A DNA stretch of 64,000 bases. It comes from Ramazzottius varieornatus (Eukaryota > Animalia > Tardigrada). Below are positions 48,660-62,475 of the stretch, in pieces. Below the pieces are notes generated by a model. That model saw nothing but the letters and a program-made list of their open reading frames with translations. It was not told the DNA's origin and did no database searches. Made by a program: the position numbers and the translations under genes. Numbering within the stretch: position 1 is the stretch's first letter; the number at the start of each line of letters is the position of its first letter. The DNA is taken from the NCBI GenBank assembly GCA_001949185.1, contig BDGG01000004.1:2567620-2631619 (forward strand), in the 5' to 3' direction.

Positions 48660-51600
48660 TTACAAGAAGAAGAGCTTGTCGGCAATGTCCATCTTGGGCT
48701 CCGTACGGTCGTAGCAGGCACCACTCTGGTAGGCCAGCTTGTGAGCGTACTACAAGAACAAAATTTGAGCATGAGTTACAGTAGTTGAAACCTCAAGTGG
48801 AAATCGAGAGGTGAGAAACGTCACCATGCAAGGAGCCGGAACTTTGATGGTTCCCGTCCAGTTGTAGTACATGTGAGTCAGCTTGTAGGCCAGGCTCTGG
48901 ATGTGATCCACGGACAGTCGAGGCTTTTCAGGCTGGTGGACCACAACGAAGTGGACAGGCGTCACGCTTCCTTCGCGCACATTCTGGGGAACCAAGTAAA
49001 AGTCGTACATGTCGCGACGGGTGATAACCTCGTCGCAGACTGTGCCAGGCTTTGGGTTGTTCAGAGTTTCCTCCGCTCCTTTTTTCTATTAACATCAGCA
49101 AGAACTGTCAACAAAAATTCCACAAGAAGTTATCAAGGTCTCCAAGAAAAAAGTACCTCGACCAGGAACATGCGCTGGTTGATTCGCTTCTGCACCACAA
49201 TGTAGTACACTTCCGGGTCCCAGTCGGCCTCGCTGCGGCTGTTGCTGCTTTCCGAGCTCGAAGAGTCTTCCTGAAACAGCTCCATCACCACAGCTGGGTC
49301 ACGGCAGACATGCAGAAGTTGCGGCAGTTCATAGTTGCCGGCCTTGTCCAGTTCGTCATCGCTCAGGCCATCGCGGAAGAAGACAATGACATTCGGCAAG
49401 AACTTGTTGCGCTGCAGTTGATCACATTAGAACGATACAAGACACATAAGCGAATCTGACACTTTCAAAAAGAAATCCAAGCAAAGAGGCAGACGTACCT
49501 TGACGTAAGCGTTCAGAGCGCTCATGAAGGAGATGTTCAAGCCCGAACCCAGTTCCGCCTTGGGGTTCTGGAAGTTGCATCGACTATGCCAACGAGTGAA
49601 GGTGTCGTCCGTGCTGGCCACCATTGCAGTGACAGACTCGCGCTGGCGCTTCAGGTCGTGGTCTACAAAAGTCAGTTAGATACTCTTGCCATTACTCTTG
49701 TAGGATAAACCACGAGACAAGAACGAAACTGGTTTGACTCTGAACTTTAGCGTAAAACGAATGAAGCCAATAAAGAAATAGTTCAAAGCAGAAATTTTAC
49801 AAGGCAGAAATTTACAGCAGCATATCATGATGAGGAAAAAAAGAGACCCTTAGGAGAAATCGTAGACACTTACATGCGTCGATACCCACAACCATCATTC
49901 GCACTGGTTCATCGTTCTAGCAAAAGATATAAGCGTTCCTATTCGAAGTGAATGAATAACGGACTGTGCGAAAAGCGGAACGTCTTTTTTACCTGTCGGA
50001 GAGGAATCTGGATGTTTCCCATTCGCCACAAGTAGCCACCCAACTTGCAGTTCATTTGCAGTGCGATCTTCTGAACAATGGCTCGCATGCGGTCGGGCTT
50101 TGACAGGGTTCGCTGGTTGATGCACTGCGAAGCGACGCCATAGGTGACATGGCACGCCTTCTTAACCGCTGCGTAACGATCGTCTCGCGGAGTCGGGAAG
50201 ATCAACACGACCATCTCGCTCTTCAAAAGAAACACTCGTTTAGACCACACGTGAAGCAAAGTATTGATAACAAGCGAAACCCAAAGAAAGGTAGAAGAAA
50301 GCGTTAAGAACCTAAACCGGAAGGCGGCAGGTAAATCCGACTAGTTCTTCACCCACATACATACCAAGACCCGCGGACATTCAACCACAATCTGTATGCA
50401 TGTACGCGAACCCACGTCAGTGTTACAGAATAATATTTTGCAAGCGTACTTATGGTGCTGCTCACACCTACATACAGCCGAATGTAGTATCCCAAAACGC
50501 ACTTATATGCAGGTTTCTTGAAGTTAAATTGAAACAGGGAAGCAGATTTCACTTCCGAAGGTAGAGCCAAATGTAGCGTTATTCAACCATAATATACGAA
50601 GATTAGAGGAAGTGAAAAGCAACTGTAAAGATATAAACGCTACGTGTACCTTGTGCTTGGTGACAGCGGACTGGACGCAGTTGACATAAGCAATGTTGGT
50701 GTCGGTGGTCAATGGCATCGGGTTGGGTGCGGCCACGTTCATGCCCAGCTGCTGGCCCACATCCCCCAACATGCAGCTGAACTCCTCGGCTGTTCGCTGG
50801 TCTCGTTGCTGGAAGATGATGGACCACTTCTGAAGCGGCATGGAGCTCAGAATGCCGCCTTTGCACGTGGCGCTGCGAGTCCAGTCGCCGTTGTCAGGAG
50901 CCGTCACCATTCCTCGGGCGTTCCCGAACTGCAGGCTTTCCGGTGGGAGAACCCGACCGTTGAAGCGCAGCAACTCGGTGCTGATCTTGATTCCCCAGCT
51001 CTCCATCAGCGTCTTGGCAATGTCTGTCGACTTTAGACTGTTCAGGTAGTTGGCGATGTACTCGAATCGGTTCTTTGGAGACAACTTGGTTGTCTGCGTG
51101 ATCGCCTGCAAACAAGAAGTTTGAAGTTCTCTGACCATCGTGGAAAAGGATTGAAACATCGAAAAGAAGGTTTCACGTACTTTCATGGCGTTGAAGTTGG
51201 CTCGGAGGTCGTCCTGGATGCCAGTTAGCTGGCACAGCTCGGGGATTAGAGCGATGAGGCGGTTCTCGCGTCGTCGGACGCCGGTGGGTGCGGGCTTGGA
51301 GAACATCAGCGGCTGCTTCATGTCCTTAATGTCGATGTTGTGGTGCTTCTTGTAGTAGTCCACGTACGAGATGTCCCCTTCCCGAGTCTTGAACGTGTTC
51401 GTCGGGTTCTCGTCCCACTTGATTTCCGACACAGTGTAGCTCTTGTCATTGTAAGGCTAGCCAACAAAAATCGACCTAGTGAACCAGAAGCTCAAACGTA
51501 GACTAGTTTGAAGTGCGAACTCAGGAAGCGATCCCATTCTAGAGAGCCATCGGAAAGACTACAACACGGAAGTAAAAGGGACCCCTACCGTGAGGACGGT

Positions 51601-53468
51601 GGAGCCAATCAAATTGTCTCGGACGAGCTTCTGCATGAGTTCGCCACGAGGCCCCGAAGTGTTCTTCCATTGGTCCCTGCAGAAGATCAACGCAATAATT
51701 TCCTCTATCAAGAAGCGGAAATAAAGATCAGTGACTGAAAATAGCTTAACGCACAGCAGCATCTTGACGTTTCCTACTCGGACAACACGGAAAGCCGCGT
51801 CGGCCATTAGAAGAATACCGCCAGAGTAGGGATTGACCGAAGTCTGAAATCCAGGCCAGATCTCAAGTGCCGGCATGTTCCCTTCCTTCAACTGGACTCG
51901 CTTGCTTGGATCGTAGCGATTGCGACCGATCTGCACGAACTTCAGCGCCATTTCTAACCTGCGAGAGAACATTCAGCATGACCAAAACTTCCCACATTGA
52001 CACACGGATACGAATCGACTTGTTCTATCTTCACACTTTGAAATACAGTCACAAAATAATAACTCCGAACCTAACAACACAGAGTCATCAAATTAGAATT
52101 TCTTACTCTCGAACGACCAGGTTCATCAGTTCTTTGCTCTCGTTGACGCGGTTCTGCATCACTTGGCGCACAGTCAACTTGTACTTCTGATCGGGACTGA
52201 AAGGCGAATCCACAAAGTAATCTTGTTCCTAGAACCAAAGGAACATAACGAACTGATCTAACATTGTCAATTAGGGTACGACACCCTACCTCTTTGGGGA
52301 GTTGAACGGCCAGGAAGAGGTTGTCGAAGTCGAAGAGGTACGGACCAGGAAAATGCTGCTCGATCTTTTCGATCAACTTCGGTCGCAGGCGAGTACTCCA
52401 TGTCTGTGGGTAGAAGTCCACGCGATACTCGTAGACCATGGCATACTGTGCAGCTTCGAAATGGACCACATTCCCCGCCAGATTCACCCTGAAAAACACG
52501 GGTTAGGTAGTTTCAGTGCAAGACTAAAACGAAAATGCTTCAGGAAATCAGTTCATCCTAGATATCAAGTTTCGGGCTTTTGTGATCCTTCAAACACAGA
52601 TGAAAGAAACCAACGAAGTAAAGCGCGCAGTTACACCAAGTAAAACAGCTTGAAAAGTGGGAATGTACTCACGGACGACCAGTTTGTCCTTTCGGTTTTC
52701 GTTTGAAGCGAAGTTCTGCCTCGCGACGTTCCCGTTCGAGACGAGCGCCTTCTGCTCCTTGTGGAATATCGCCTGGTCGTGCACCAGGAACAGCTACTGC
52801 TTGACCGTCGCCGGCAGGAGCTGTAGCCGACTGTAGTGGTCCTTGACCAGCATCCCCACTGCGTCTGTCAGCCGTAGGGACACTGGCAACAGGTTTGTCT
52901 CCGGTCTGTAACTGCTGCATGCGCTGGGCCAAATCCACAGGCTGCTCTCGTGGGATAGGTCCCACCGCCTGCAAAACAGAAAAATTTTCAACTTTCAGCC
53001 GCGTAAAACACAAGAACACGATTTGTCCATCAAACAGTTTGAGCAACTGAGTCAAGAAAACGTTACCGGTGGCGCTGGTGGCAATCCAGTTCCTGTGGTT
53101 CCGATCTCCGGAGCAGCCACACTGGTGGATGGCACTGAAGCACTGACTCCCAGTCGTCGTCCTCGGCCGACAATTCCTCTTCGAGCAAAAACTGTAGTGG
53201 TGGCGGCTGTTGGTGGTGCATCTTGAGGAAGTGTTCCGGTAGCAGCAGCTGCAGGTTGAGCTGGTGCCGGCGTCGCCGCTGCTGCTTGTAGTGCAAATCC
53301 TCTTCCTCGCCCAACTCCTGGAGTCACCTGAGGAGGAGAAATAGCGGATGTCGGAGCTGAAGATGTGGATGGAACGGAGTCATCGGCCGAAGGAGCAGCT
53401 GGCGGAGCCACCGAATCGGCGCGAGGCAAACCACGACCGATTCCGCGACCAATTCCCCTTCCCGTCAT
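48660..53468 (-). CDS. piwi: PIWI-clade Argonaute (Ago3/PIWIL2-like)
   Basis: N-terminal GRG repeats, PAZ (ISYVDYY..QPL..LIPELC.LTG), MID (YAAVKK..SQC..KIALQMNCKLGG), PIWI (GIDAYHD, FRDG, YDFYLV, HMYYNW.GTIKVPAPCMYAHKLA, KLFFL*). Confidence 0.95.
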
Positions 53469-53768
53469 TATGCTTTCTGCAAACTATCAACCGCGATCAT
53501 GAAAGGTTAGAAACCACAGCTCACTGCTGTTCTTGATCTGGTGGTTAACAGGACTTATGAGGTAAATCCTAGGAGAGAACGAGATGAAACCGGATCTGCT
53601 TGTCCAGATTGATACTATTTCTTAAAGGAAAATCAGCCAGATTTGTTTTCAGTTCTTACGTCAAGTTTGCCGCTTGCTCCGGAGGTTGCTTGCTTGAAGG
53701 GGCCTTCAAATCAAGTCAAGACGAAGTTTAGTGGCCAGTGATGGGAGAAACTAATCAGAAGGATGCTC

Positions 53769-53840
53769 TTTCTGGACTCCGCGCGTACAGACGTGAAGAT
53801 TTCTGGACTCCGCGCGTACAGACGTGAAGATTTCTGGACT
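53769..53840. repeat. 31-bp direct tandem repeat (2.3 copies) upstream of piwi
   Basis: TTTCTGGACTCCGCGCGTACAGACGTGAAGA x2 plus TTTCTGGACT; perfect identity. Confidence 0.9.
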
Positions 53841-54474
53841 GGCTTTCGACACAAGACAGTCGGCCGGTCCCCCACGTAAAATTTTCCGGCTGCAGCCTGC
53901 AGGCGGAGACTGGGGACAAACGAATCACAAACGCTGCTGCCCTGCTGCGCCTGCTAGGGCGTCAATGCGTTGTGCAACAGGTGCCAAACCGGGTAGCGGC
54001 CCAGTCGATATTCAAGATAACCGGAAGCTCAAGATGGACAACCAACCAGTTCTTGGCGTAAGATTCTCAGTTCCCGACTCTTTTCTTGTACCGAAATCTG
54101 TCCCCACCCTTTGCACACTTTCTTTTTATTACAAACAAACGTTACTGACATAAGCTTCCAGAATAGGTCTCCGCATCTGCTAATCAAAAAGCATCAGGAA
54201 GTACAGCGAACCAAAGATATCTTTCGCGGTATTTATTCCGGCGCACAGCGATAACAGCGAGGTCAGACAACTATCCGCGAGCTCCCTTCACGTCTACAAA
54301 ATCAAACCAAAACTCGAGAGTGTGCGATAACTTCGATTCATCCAGACCGCACATAAGTTCCATGTAAGCACGACAAACAGATTACGAAAAACTGTTCATA
54401 CCATCTCCCGCGAATAAGTACTGGCTAACGGTACCATTATTTGGACCTACACAGGTAAACTGCAATAGCAACAA

Positions 54475-55525
54475 TCACACTGAGAACCAGGTCGGCGCAC
54501 CGGATCTATGCCATTTCTGACTCTTGTCAAGCCTCATCTTATTCAGTGCATCGCTAAAGCCTTCTTCCTCTTTCTCCAGAGCTTGGCGCACAACGTCCGG
54601 AAATAGGTTCGGAAAATGAAATTCCACGTTCTTCTCCTGGAAAAAAAACAGGGTTACGCAAGCCTCATACAGTTCCCGAGCGGGCTTTGGCGGCATTTAC
54701 GAGACAGAAGGCGAGACCTGCATGTCGAGCACTCCAGGTGTGTTCGCAACAACCCTTCGCAAAAAACTGATTCGCGGTCACCAAATTTTGAACGCGATCA
54801 AGACTACTGTTTCGAGCGATCGCATCTATTTGTTGGGTCGTTTTCTGGGCACGTTGACCACTTACCATCGTTACGAAGGCATACTTTTGATCCGGTTCCT
54901 CGACCTTGTGCCCGGCTGGATGCCTTATAAGCATTCCTACAACCAAACAAAGATTTCGATTACAGCAAAAATTCTATGTCTACACCCCCGTGTAGTAAGC
55001 CATACCACCACGAATTCACAACTTATGATGTTACAGAATAGTTCGCATTATTTCACCTGTTGCTCCCGTCATGAATATATATGGTAATATGTCGAGCGGA
55101 AAGCAATCTGAACGCAGTCAACTGACCCTTTTTTATATGTGTCCGTACTTCCTTGACGGGAACGTTGTAGATCTTCGTTAGATAGTTCTTCACATCGATC
55201 TTCGACATCCTGCAACATATACAGCATAGTGCTTGACAAGTTGTTTTCACCTCAATATAGCCGTCGCTGCCCAGATTTAGGGTGTTAGCCATATATATGT
55301 TAGCTTCATACTTCATATCGATTTTGAAGTGAGCCATGTTTGGAGGAATTGCGCGCGCCGGTCTGACAAGCTTCATATAGAAGTCTGGAAGGAAAATTCG
55401 AAGCTGTGGTCCACCTGGCTTCCAGAGAGGATATCTGCTTGAACAAAGAAAGCGAACCGATAGATCAGCTTGCTTATTATTTCAACCATATCGAAATTGA
55501 ATTCGTCTTACGTTTTGGTCGCCAT
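54475..55525 (-). CDS. MRPL23: Mitochondrial ribosomal protein L23
   Basis: YPLWKPGGPQLRIFLPDFYMKLV, MSKIDVKNYLTKIYNVPV..VRT, D.KYAFV, F.FPNLF, PTWF. Confidence 0.9.
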
Positions 55526-56241
55526 TTTCCTACGCAGAAGGCGGAATTCTGATACCGTATTAAGGGATGCTCCCCCTTATACCCCGAATGACGCACACGG
55601 GATAAACAGCGTCAGAACATGCAGGGACAGATGAAAAGTGAAGGTGGGGAGGAACCGGATAATCACTAAGAGCATACAGTCTCCGCCGGTTGTCAAAGGA
55701 CCCTCAGCAAATCAACTGTCAGGTGCGCTCAGATCTCCAGTCCTGATGACAACATGCACTGCATCTTCGATACTCCCACAAACGTCACGGGTCAGGAACT
55801 AAATTGCTGGAAGACATTGAACGATCACCTTGAAACGATGTGATTTTTTTTCGATCGAACGAGACAACTTCGTTAACAGACAGTTAATGCGGATCACGAT
55901 CGACAGATTGCGACAATGTTGGTGCATCGGACACTGTACTCTGTCTCCGTGTCGCACCGTTCAATACGCGCAGCTAGGTGTACTGAGATGCAACATTATG
56001 ATCTGCGTCAACCGTTGATTGCTACGTCAAAAGTACGCAGGTTCGTGTTCCGATTGTTGAATTCTGGGTACTGAATTTCGTCATAGATTGCATCATTGCA
56101 TCAACAGTCAACAGTCTGAATGTCTGATAGATACCAATTAGCAAACAGTATTAATTAGGTTTTCTGGACTCTGCTCTTCCGCACCGACTACGGGATTGTG
56201 GGATCGCTGGTGGGAATCGACACAGCTGCTTGTTTAGTCAA

Positions 56242-59200
56242 ATGTCGTGGCTCCTTGGACGTCGCAAGAATGTGGAAGAGTTTCCATCATCAGATAATTC
56301 AGCGGGTGGAGCCGGCGCGGACAACTCCGAAGCTGGACAACGAGGTGGACGATCACCTAATGATGGCACAGCAAAGGCCGGAACGGGATCGGGAGACTCA
56401 GCCAGGATGGACGCCTACCGTTTCGATTCAGCTGCGTTAGAACGAGCGGCGCGTGCTGCGAAGGAACTCGAATCGTCCAGTAAGCAGCATAATGCAAGAT
56501 TCCTTCCTTCTCTGTCTTGCGTTATGAGGAGTGAGATACTTCGGTGTGTTATAGACTCTTGTTCACAGAAAATGCCAAGGAAGCTCTGGAGGTTACTCGG
56601 CTTCATGAAACAACTATCCAGATGGAACATCAGAAGGCTATCAAGGTACCTAGACAGTTGTCCTATCCCGCTTCCAGTCTCCATAATACAGATAACGGTA
56701 TTTTGCCGCGGACTGTAACGGACACTGCCGTCTGCAATCCGGTTTCCCGGAATAATATTTCAAAAGGAAACCTACAACGCTGGATTTTCTGGATAGTGTA
56801 TATTATCCAGTTTCTGCGCTCAGACTGCTGTGAACTATATTAACACGTTTCTTATGGCTTAGCAATACGAGGCCCACACGGAAGAAATCCGATTGGAGCA
56901 GATTCGTGCTCAGCACGAAGAGAAAAGAAAGACACTCACCGAAGAAACGAAGCAAGCTCAACAAGTAAGTTCCTGAAGCCTTTGCTGGATTAAGTTTAGT
57001 TCAGTATATCTATCCTCTTTGTAGCGCGCCGCGTATCAGGATCAGTTAGCCAGGAAGCGCTACGATGATCAACTAGCGCAACAGGTTTGGCTTCCTGCTT
57101 CTTCATCAAGAGCTGTTCTTTTACGGTACTGGTTCCCGTACTCCGTAAACCCTCCCGGCTTATTTTATAGCAAAGAGTAAACGACGAAAATCTTCGGAAA
57201 CAAGAAGAGTCGATTCAGAAACAAGAAGCCTTGAAAAGAGGTACTACAGTATGTTTAGTTCTCTGTCAGCCCGCAGACGATTAGTTATGTTATCTGCAGC
57301 CTTTCCTTTCATCCGCAGCTACCATCGAACACGAGCTATCGCTAAGGGAAAAGCTTGACATTAAGCGAGCAGAAGCCCAGGCCAGGGCAAAAGCCAAAGC
57401 AGAACGGGAAAACCGCGACCTTATCCTTGAGAAAATTCGCGTCGAGGCTGGTGAGAAGCGTACCACAACTTTGGAATCCATCAAGTACGTACTGGATCAA
57501 GTTTGCTGTGGTCATGTGGTACCCTGCGTTTACCCGCCACTTCACTTCCTGACATCTTTCATCTTATTTCAGGACTGCCGGTTCGATAGTAGGAGCCGGC
57601 TTGAATGCTTTCATCAACGACTGGGATAAAGTTACTGCTGCCGTGAGTTCCTTTCAAGCCCGAGTATCATTGTGGTCACTTGATGGATGCTTTGTGGCTT
57701 GGTTGTAGGCAGGTGGACTTACGCTCCTGGCGTTGGGTGTTTACTCTGCAAAGATGGGAACAGGTGTCGCCGCGCGCTATGTGGAGAGCCGGCTGGGCAA
57801 ACCCGCTCTTGTACGTGAGACGTCCCGTTTGACGTTCTTTGAAACGCTGAGGCATCCGTGGAAGGTGAGACCAGACTCTGAACGTCATCTGGCGGACCGA
57901 AAGAATGGGCGATGGAATAATTGTCATTTGTAATTTCAGAACATAAAACGTCTGTGGACAAAGCAGTCTGATGCTCTTGCCGGAATAGTATTGAAGGTCG
58001 GTACATCAGCTAAGAAGAGTTTAGTTGCATTTGGCATTATTACATTGACCAGCGTTGGACGATTGTTTTTTATATATTGCAGCCTGAACTCGAATCCCGT
58101 CTTCGCGACATTGCGATCACAACGCGCCATACGAGGAAGAACAATGGATTTTATAGAAATCTTTTGATGTATGGACCTCCTGGAACAGGAAAGACCCTTT
58201 TTGCAAAAGTAAGCGCGTGGCTTTCCGAAGTTGATAAGCCAGTTTAGCAATGATTTCTTTAGAAACTTGCTTACCATTCCGGGATGGACTACGCAATAAT
58301 GACAGGAGGTGACGTTGCGCCAATGGGTCGTTCTGGAGTTACCGCCATGCATAAAACTTTTGACTGGGCAATGACGAGTAGGAAAGGGTAACTGAAGTCA
58401 TCCGGTTGAAGTCGCTAGGCCGGTCTTATTCTAAGATTTTGTATTTTTCCAGATTGATTCTTTTTGTTGATGAAGCTGACGCCTTTTTGAGAAAGCGAAG
58501 TTCGGTAAGTTCGTCACGGTATTTCAGAGCTGTGCCTGCTTTTGATGTTGTCTCGTACGGCGAGTTTAATTACCAATACATGAAATTTCAGGAAGTAATA
58601 AGTGAAGACCTTCGAGCTGTGATCAATGCTTTCCTGTACCGGACTGGAGAGCAGTCTAAACAGTGAGTAGAGCGAACCTACATTTTCCTCCCGAGCATAC
58701 AAGAGTTTCCAGCCAGTTATGGTGACCTGGTTTGTCTTGCAGTTTTATGTTAGTACTTGCCAGTAACCAGCCAGAACAGCTCGACTGGGCCATCAACGAT
58801 CGTCTTGATGAAATGGTGGAGTTCGACCTGCCAGGAACCGAAGAACGGGAGAGGATGGTGCGGCTGTATTTCGAAGAGTTCGTCCTAAAACCTGCTGTGG
58901 CAGGTGGCTTCAAGAGACTCAAAGTTGAACAGTTTGACTACGGCCAAAAGTGTTCAGAGATTGCCAGGAGAACCCAAGGACTTTCTGGGCGTGAAATCTC
59001 AAAGTTGGCCGTGGCTTGGCAGGTGAGTGGAAATGTCGGCTCGATAGAATGTTTTGAATTTCTTGTATTATGTGAAGAGCTTTAGACGGCGGAACTCATT
59101 ACTGTACTCCGTTTTGGTCTTCCTGCTATAGTCAAGTGCGTATGCCTCGGAAGATGGAATTCTCACGGAGAAGATGGTTGATGCCAGAGTGGACGATGTG

Positions 59201-59335
59201 TTGAAGCAACACAAGCAGAAGGTGACGTGGAGGGCGGAAGACGAGAATCAGTACCGGAAGAGCTCGGGTCTGGCTGCGGGACAAGAAAGTTCAGTGTACG
59301 CGATCAGAGAAAATATTGCAAGCGAAATGCGGTGA
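56242..59335 (+). CDS. ATAD3: ATPase family AAA domain-containing protein 3
   Basis: [91 protein letters not shown]. Confidence 0.95.
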
Positions 59336-59735
59336 GTTCCACCACCAATTGTTTTTTGTTTGAATTTTACGTCTATTTCATTGAAATTATACTATTCCCC
59401 AATTTTGAGTGCTGGTTGGGATAGTTTGGTGTGCGCGGTGCGAGTGGCATTCGAATGTGGAACGATCGACCTGTCTTTATGAGCCCAGTTTCATCAGTTC
59501 TTCCTCGCGAGCCACTGGCCAAAACATTAGTAATCAGAAGGAGTACGGAATTTTCTCGAGACCGTCTGTATCCAAAGTTAATTTGTTGAGCGAAGCAGTC
59601 ACGATGACACGACAAGTCGAAACACATGTAGAGATCAGGGATGAGCATGCTGACGAGTATTAGAAGACATTGGCTTGTATTGAAATCAGTCCGAGAAGCA
59701 ACACCGGCCGCGATGAGGTCGTCGTGCAGTCTACA

Positions 59736-60723
59736 TTATCCTGTTGCCCAAACTACAAGAATGAAGCTTCTGATCGGCAAACCAAGCTGTGAAGGTGTGG
59801 ATGCGGACATGAGTAAGGCTATGTTTTCCTTACCGATGATGAGTACGAGAATAACGACCCCGATGCCGATACCGATGGCCATCATCTGTAGGCATAGAAA
59901 AGGTTTCTTGTTAGGGTCAGGTTCGATTGAGTGAAATTGTACCATCGCAAAAATCTCAATAGAGCGGCTGGGACCTGTCGACAGTACCGTGATGTACTCA
60001 CCTTCATATTTTTCCACCAGTATTTGTTCTTAAGCTTTCCCGCGCTCGTTTCGAACTGCGCGGCCCCTTGCTGAAGTGCATCTGTGAACAACATTGTTTG
60101 ACGGTTCGGCGAACTGCTGGCATTTAAAACATTTCATGAGTATGATTGGTTGTTCGAGGGTGCTATACCAGCACGGTCGTCGAGCTTCCCGAGGTGTTCG
60201 TCTCTCTGGATTACTTTCTAAGGAAGAACATCGTGGATACTATTGATTCTGACCGGACAGTTTTGGTCAGACTCTTCTGGCACTAGAAATAATTGCAGCA
60301 TGTATAACAAACCTCTACGTTGGTCCTGTGGAAGAACCTCGTGTTACCGGTAGATTAGCACGACAATAATTGTTTGACGGACAAATGCACAAACCTCATT
60401 ATTTCCACCACCTAAAACCATACATTACTCAATGAAGCTGACTTTGAGAGGCGGAGGACTGCTACGGAAGTCAGCCAGGATTATTCGATTGGAACGTCAG
60501 CTTGGACTTCCTGGTTGCACTTCGCCGACACTTTCGGCCTCTTCTTACCTCGTCAACTTGAGCTTGAGTTTGTTGTAGCCTTTTGTTCTCTTGGTAGGGT
60601 GCTCTGGGTGGCATACCAGGACGCGGAGGTACTCCGGGTGGTTGAGACCTGGACAGGAAGGTTAGAGTGCATTGCGATTTCGAGTTTAGTTTGTGAGCTT
60701 TGCTATTCGGGACGATCTTACAT
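59736..60723 (-). CDS. Synaptobrevin/VAMP2-like R-SNARE, paralog C
   Basis: AT|G split start; [28 protein letters not shown]|VVEIMR|TNVE|[16 protein letters not shown]|[27 protein letters not shown]|TM|VWATG*. Confidence 0.9.
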
Positions 60724-60892
60724 GCTTAAGCCGGGATCTGGAGCTGAGTACTCAAAGCTGGATTCTGGAGACAGATGTCTATTTTATCAGTCCATCGTGG
60801 GAAGAGTAACTTCAAAGAAGATATGCGCTCAAAATTACGCGGAAGAAACTTTTGAATGCTATTCATTCAGGATCCTCACATAGTTATGATCA

Positions 60893-60932
60893 GGAGACTA
60901 GATTGACGTATCCCGATCGCGTTGGATCGATA
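60893..60932 (-). promoter_or_regulatory. Conserved upstream motif of VAMP paralog C
   Basis: Minus strand TATCGATCCAA...CGTCAATCTAGTCTCC, shared with 62476-62522 at a similar distance (~170 bp) from the start exon. Confidence 0.5.
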
Positions 60933-61554
60933 GTTGGAGGGCCTTTTGGGAGTGTGCAATGACTGTCTTTTCAATACAGTTACCCTATACGCACAACTAC
61001 GTACGTTCGGTAAGGAGTGGGTAGGGAATCTTTTACGTTCCGGGATGGGTTCCAATGTTGTTTTTATACTTTTAGCGTGTATTTGGTCGTTTCTTTCTCG
61101 CAGAGTCTTCAGGCACTTTTATAACACAGACCAACGAAAGTTCTCTACGTTAACGGGCGAAAACAGTATGATTAACCATGGATTCTAGCTGTAAGATGAA
61201 AATAAGGCTCACAAAGGATGCAGTGTTTATCAACTTAGCGAAACGAAATTCTGTGGGAGACTTTGGTAAGAAGTTTATAATGGATACGACGAATGAAACT
61301 GAGGCACAAACCCTACAGGAGTTGTTTCCTTGGCATATGGCGCTATTTTGTTTTGCATTGATTAGACAGATGATTTTGCGATTTTTGGATCGCCGCCACA
61401 CCGAATGAGATCCTCCGTGAAGTTATGTTGCTGTGACGTGTACATCGCATAGACCGTGTTGTGCGAAGCGAAACGATCAAGGCGACGAGACGAGTCGAAG
61501 ACGGGGAAATCATAAATAATATTATGCAGGGTTGGACACGAAGAAGCCGGTAGT

Positions 61555-62300
61555 TCAGCCCGTTGCCCAAACTAAAAAAACAGGCTGATTATATCAAAAA
61601 TAATCCCGACTTGCCGTTTTACAGCAACAAGCCACATACCGATGATAAGCACGAGAATAACGACCCCAATTCCGATACCAATGGCCATCATCTGTAGATG
61701 AAGATGGATATGAGCATTCAAATTACCAATTCAGTGGTTCTGCTAGACTGTTACTCACCTTCATATTTTTCCACCAGTATTTATTTTTCAGCTTCCCTGC
61801 GCTTGTTTCAAACTGGGCGGCTCCTTGTTGAAGTGCATCTGCAATAACGATCTCATTTACGCGGTTTCATGGCTGAAAAAGCCTATGGGCATGAGCATAC
61901 CCGCCCGATCGTCCAGCGCTGTGATTCCCGCATCTCTTTCTAGTACCTTTTCCACGTTCAACCTGCAGCACATACGAGCGATTGGAAGGTTTGCCTTGTT
62001 TTGTTAGGTGCCAAAGACCAATGGGCTCAAGGGTCTCAGGTGCTCACCTCATTATGTCCACGACCTACGTAGAAACGAACGAGTGATAGTTAGCTATAGA
62101 TTCTTTGTTTCGGATAAGTGCTTACTTCGTCGACTTGCGCTTGGGTTTGTTGCAGTCGTTTGTTTGACTGATATGGTCCTTGAGGTGGTATGCCAGGTCG
62201 TGGTGGTCCTCCGGGTTGAGACCTAAGAGGAAAAAAATGGTACAGACTTCCGAAGGCTTTCAAGTACTCACTTGCAAGCACCACAACGAGGCACTCACAT
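61555..62300 (-). CDS. Synaptobrevin/VAMP2-like R-SNARE, paralog B
   Basis: AT|G split start; [33 protein letters not shown]|VVDIMR|[20 protein letters not shown]|[27 protein letters not shown]|TM|VWATG*. Confidence 0.9.
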
Positions 62301-62475
62301 GGCTTGGTGATCAGTTCGGGATCAGGTGGCGCAAGCTGGTGCTTCACAAGTAGATGATTTAGCTAACGATGTCTGTCGTTGAAAACAAGAAGGGTGTTAA
62401 CCGTTAATTTCTGCGATAAAAATAAGATTAGACATGGGACGAAGGGTTCATCCAGGATATCGGACTAGCGGGTGG

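Noticed and set aside
53769-53840. CRISPR-like array
   Set aside because: The repeats are directly adjacent with no spacers, there are no cas genes, and the context is eukaryotic.
56789-56810. Perfect hairpin in ATAD3 intron (possible H/ACA snoRNA)
   Set aside because: No properly placed ACA box; insufficient support.
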